DNA from: Dimorphilus gyrociliatus
Taxonomy: Eukaryota; Animalia; Annelida
Length of the DNA stretch: 64,000 nt
Direction: 5' to 3'
Assembly (NCBI GenBank): GCA_904063045.1
Contig: CAJFCJ010000020.1
Span: 1,728,916-1,792,915, forward strand
Notes under the pieces: model-generated
What the model was told of the DNA's origin: nothing
The model's input: only the letters and a program-made list of their open reading frames with translations
Database searches by the model: none
Made by a program: the position numbers and the translations under genes
Shown here: piece after piece, positions 60,070 through 64,000 of the stretch
Numbering within the stretch: position 1 is the stretch's first letter
How the letters are laid out: the number at the start of each line of letters is the position of its first letter

Positions 60070-60755
60070 CTAACGTTTCGTATAGACACGAATTTCTTTG
60101 TAACCATTACTACCGTATGTATAAACGGACGACACTGCCAAACTTATCCAGGAAGAATAGACAACTCTCAAATCAAATTCCTGCCAATTATTTCCATCAG
60201 TGTCTCCCAGCATATTTTCAAGAACTACCTGAAGAAATACTTATTCATTTTAAGACGAAAACAAAAAAGAGATATTAGGCCTAATAATATCGAAAAAATT
60301 TTTCTCCTTTCAAACCTCTTGGGTAGACTCATCGCTAAATTCCAATCGTAACTTTTTATTTAGATCGTTCTTCGTTGATCGAGGCATAATACCAAGTTTA
60401 TATAGAGTATAAACAGTTTTAAACTGTATTTTTATCCAAGCACCTAAGTTTTGACCATTCGGTACCCAATCTGTTATCAATCTTCCATCTATCGCTTTAT
60501 CGCAGCCGTAATCAACTTGATCTATAACAGATGAACAGAAGGCTGTAGCACCATTATCCCCACCAGCAACATTTTCATAAATTTCTATAATAAATGAAAA
60601 ACAAACGGATATAAACAAACTTTTTGCCTTAAATTTAACTGTTTCCTTTATGTTATTTAGAAATAAATGCTTTTGATGAGTAGTAAAATACCGTAAGCGT
60701 AAGTTGTACTAGTCATTAAAGTAAGGTAAAGCACAGGAAGAAGATTAAAGGACAT
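60070..60755 (-). CDS. Small secreted discoidin/F5-8 type C (galactose-binding-like) domain protein, about 160 aa
   Basis: Signal-peptide exon 60755-60692, exon 60584-60316 (NVAGGDNGATAFCSS...CDKAIDG...W...GAWIKIQF), exon 60228 onward (WQEF...YKEIRVY), stop TAG 60070 if unspliced. Confidence 0.75.
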
Positions 60756-60845
60756 TATTATCACTTGAAGGGATTGTTCAGCTGTATTCGAAAGTTCTAC
60801 CCGAGATAAAAAAAAAATGGTATACGTTTAGAAAGAAGAAAGACG

Positions 60846-60853
60846 TGACGTCA
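60846..60853. promoter_or_regulatory. CRE palindrome TGACGTCA upstream of the discoidin gene
   Basis: Seen about 90 nt 5' of ATG 60755. Function is inferred. Confidence 0.35.
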
Positions 60854-61005
60854 TCTAATTGGATATAGAATTTCTGTTCCAGTCTTATTCCATATATACT
60901 TAGAATGTATAAGGTACAGCATATTAGATATATTTATACTACGTCACGCAATCGAATTAGTTGCATAGTTTCTATTATTTATTATTGGTGTTTATAGTGA
61001 CGCCC

Positions 61006-61010
<5 letters not shown>

Positions 61011-61044
<34 letters not shown>
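61011..61044. repeat. (CT)17 microsatellite
   Basis: Direct reading. Confidence 0.9.
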
Positions 61045-61046
<2 letters not shown>

Positions 61047-61108
61047 CCCACCTATTTACCCTCACTTTCATTTACATAGAATAAGGGAAGTCTATTAGTC
61101 GGTTTACA

Positions 61109-61717
61109 TCAGGTCACTGTCCATTTTCCAGTTTCCAATTGAGTGTCAGAATCGGGTTTAGGTAGCTTTCGAGAGCTTTCTATTCCCACTGCATTTGATA
61201 TTTCTTGGTCAGAATTGGGTGGACTAGGAAGTGTTACGTCACTCGTTATCAAATCTTCGCAATTAGTTATCTCCTGATACTTTTGAATATCATCAAAGAG
61301 TGTAAGCGATACATTGGAATTATCTAGATGATTATCTAGAGTCTTTGAACTATTTTTGTATAACCATATTCTACAATCCTTCTTAAAGCGAGTATTTATA
61401 CCGCAAGAGCGAAACACACAAGCAATCTCTTCCGATTCATTTACCCATATCTTTCTTTCATCATCGAAAGTAGATACAAAATAAGGAATAATTGACGAGA
61501 GTATATTGTGCAAAGATTGTTTAGAAAAGGCTCTCGCTAACGATTTTCTATCTATCTTTCTAATTTTCAAATGTAAACTCTTAGCTATTTCAGAATTCTC
61601 TTGAAACTCTTTTTCTAATTCATCATATCTTTTCCTAGTCATTCCTTCAATGGAGCTTTCTAATATTTTATCATCCCTTAATTCACTGTTGCCATATTTC
61701 TCTCTATAACCCTTCAT
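61109..61717 (-). CDS. Orphan intronless 202-aa hypothetical protein
   Basis: 609-nt ATG-started ORF in very AT-rich DNA, not antisense to another gene, with protein-like composition. No domain recognised. Confidence 0.55.
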   Translation of the reverse strand: MKGYREKYGNSELRDDKILESSIEGMTRKRYDELEKEFQENSEIAKSLHLKIRKIDRKSLARAFSKQSLHNILSSIIPYFVSTFDDERKIWVNESEEIACVFRSCGINTRFKKDCRIWLYKNSSKTLDNHLDNSNVSLTLFDDIQKYQEITNCEDLITSDVTLPSPPNSDQEISNAVGIESSRKLPKPDSDTQLETGKWTVT

Positions 61718-61831
61718 AATAAATTTGAATATTTAAAAACATGTCTTTTATTTAATTTCAATTTTATTCTGCATATTTTCTTAATAATCTTATATATTGC
61801 AAAAGTTTGTCTGTGTTAAAAGATGGACTAG

Positions 61832-61835
<4 letters not shown>

Positions 61836-61865
<30 letters not shown>
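61836..61865. repeat. (TA)n microsatellite
   Basis: Direct reading. Confidence 0.9.
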
Positions 61866-61868
<3 letters not shown>

Positions 61869-62657
61869 TGTCAACAACGAACATTTTAACAGCAATGACA
61901 ATGATCGGACAAAATAAAAGATGCAAGAAAATAAAAATATCAAAGAGACATCATCTTCTTCATTTTCCTATACACATGTTTCGTTGTTTACAACGAAAAA
62001 AAAAAGAATTGTTCATAACATAATACAACTTAATATACAGCATATATATATACAATATATATATATACCATGTATAAACATTCAATTAGCAATACTAATT
62101 CATGGCAAAAAGCAAATTTGTTATCATTATTATGTATTAATATTTCAGTTTCTTAAACATTTTAATACTGTGTTTATTTTTAAAGGTTTTTTTTTCACAT
62201 TTATAGTCTTTTCTTTTCCTTTTTTTGTGTTTTTTGTGTTTTTTTTTTTGGGTCTTGTTGTAACCAAAATAAATAAGGAGGGGGCAGTGAGAATTAATTA
62301 AAATAAACAAAAAGAATTTTTTAATTTTATAGCAGGAACGAAATAGTAAAATTATGAAATAAATATAAAATAAAAAAGAAAATTTGACTTGAGGGAGGGA
62401 GAAGGCGAGCTTGGGAGAGAAATAGGAGAAAGGGGAGCAGGTGATAAAGTGTGGTTACAAGGGTGATGGGTAAAATGTGGTAAGAAATATATTAAGTAAA
62501 CTAAATCAACATTTGTTTTTATTTGACTTAGACATACACTTCAAAAATCATCTTCTATCGCTCGTCCAAGTGTATAAGGCAATATTGTAACGAGACAGCA
62601 CCATCTTATATTTTTTGTTTTTTAAAACTTTCGTCGTAGTTGGATTAAATACTTTCA

Positions 62658-63650
62658 CTAAATAAAATGTGGCGTTTCTTGACCAGTTAATAGCCTAAAT
62701 ATTGAGGTTGGCATCGTTTTCATATGTATCTGTATAGGTGGTTTGTGATAGATGGATAAGGAGTTTGGAAAGAAAGGAAAAAGAAGATAATTAATTTTAC
62801 TAAGACTCTAACAAAGTCTACTACCTCCCCAACGGACGTGGCCAGCATATTAACAATTTTTTCATGAGGTACGGCAACGACACTTGTGCTATTTATTTCA
62901 ATTATTCTATGACCGACGCGAACGCCTCCCCTCTCGGCAATTCCACCTCGTAGTAAGCTGCATATCTGCAAATCACATTAATAATCAGCCGCTGTATATA
63001 TTTTCAATCCATCATATTTTTTTATTCAAAGGGATATTTACCACTCCATTTTGGACGCTAAAACCAAGCTGATATTTAACATCGGGACGTTTTATACACA
63101 CTTCAACGACAGGTGGACAAGAAACAACCGTTAATTTCACTGCTGTTTGCGTTTTTGTAGCCTAAAGAAATTTAATCAAATTAGGTAAGTCAAATTTTAG
63201 AATAGCCACATCATTTTTTTTCTTCACTATGCGAACACTATTCGAAAAACTCACTTTTATATAATTTTGGGCTGAACTTATAGGTAAACCGACTAAAGAG
63301 ACGCCATTTACCGATATAATTTGATCGCCAATATTTAAAAGGCCACAACGCGAAGCCGGCCCACCTGGGAGCATATTTGCTAGAACAACCGTAGGAACCA
63401 TCGATCCCCAGCCTGATTCAACTATTACCACACCGAGACATTCTCCTTTACCCTTAGGGACTATTACTTCCTTCTGCATATCCTTATTGGCAAACATGTA
63501 TAGTTCTTCTCCAAAAATTTCTTGCTGATTTAAGACTTCTTGATAGTCCATCTCCTTCATTAGACTAGTATCTTCTATTCCGTTTGCTTTTAAAAATTCC
63601 ATATAGGCTACTTGAAAAGCTTGTCCGATAGACTGTGCTATTAACTGGGC
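62658..63650 (-). CDS. APBA: Mint/X11/LIN-10 adaptor, 3' part (end of PTB plus PDZ1 and PDZ2)
   Basis: [104 protein letters not shown]. The 5' exons are not resolved in the window. Confidence 0.95.
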
Positions 63651-64000
63651 CTGTAAAAAATAACAAACTAATGTGGCGCCCATAATTTTTAATGAAGGCA
63701 GAATATTTTCGAACACGTTCTCCTAACGCTTTGCAACCAACTGCGCATACGTAATACTGGGCATCAAGCACAAATCAAATAAACGAGAAAAATTTGGCGA
63801 CAGCGACCAGGAATCGATCATTCGCTAATCAATCGATTCCACATGTCAGAAGCAATCAGCTGTACACCGTAAAAAAGAGAAGAGAGCCGTAATTGATGGT
63901 AAGACACGATATCTTTGGCGTCGACTAATATAAGCAAGTTTAAGAGAATGCAAAAAAAAGTTTATGAATTTTACTACAATTAAAGTTAGTTAGCAACCTT

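Noticed and set aside
61921-62301. 126-aa plus-strand ORF with a hydrophobic Phe-rich end
   Set aside because: Arises from poly-T/AT low-complexity sequence opposite the Mint 3' UTR; the apparent TM segment is a compositional artefact.
62392-62480. G-rich tract resembling a G-quadruplex
   Set aside because: Loops are long and irregular, and the G-rich strand is not the Mint mRNA strand.

Overview
AT-rich, very gene-dense animal DNA with many short (about 55-80 nt) GT-AG introns. I read 21 protein-coding loci (19 complete, 2 cut by the window edges) and found no recognisable transposon, tRNA, rRNA or CRISPR array. The architecture suggests a compact-genome lophotrochozoan such as the annelid Dimorphilus; this is inference, as no database search was possible. 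Gene order: CAP (partial) < MZB1-like > TSR3 < DTWD2 < CLN3 > D-amino-acid oxidase > delta-9 desaturase < motor-less myosin-VII-like tail protein < myosin regulatory light chain > TMTC4 > mitochondrial AlaRS < myristoylated propeller/SOCS-box protein > SEC14L1 > SAP/RRM protein < ZCCHC8-like > Piwi < candidate 43-aa spliced micropeptide > SLCO/OATP < roughly 4,000-aa uninflatable-like receptor < secreted discoidin-domain protein < orphan ORF < Mint/X11 (partial) <. Best leads: (1) a headless myosin-VII paralog head-to-head with a myosin light chain; (2) an RNA-surveillance block of a SAP-RRM orphan, a zinc-knuckle-less ZCCHC8, Piwi and an uncalled micropeptide; (3) tandem adjacency of the two aminocarboxypropyl transferases TSR3 and DTWD2; (4) a 26-nt micro-exon that could splice a discoidin gene onto the giant receptor. 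Exon boundaries were assembled by hand and family calls rest on remembered motifs, so all need RNA-seq and homology-search confirmation.
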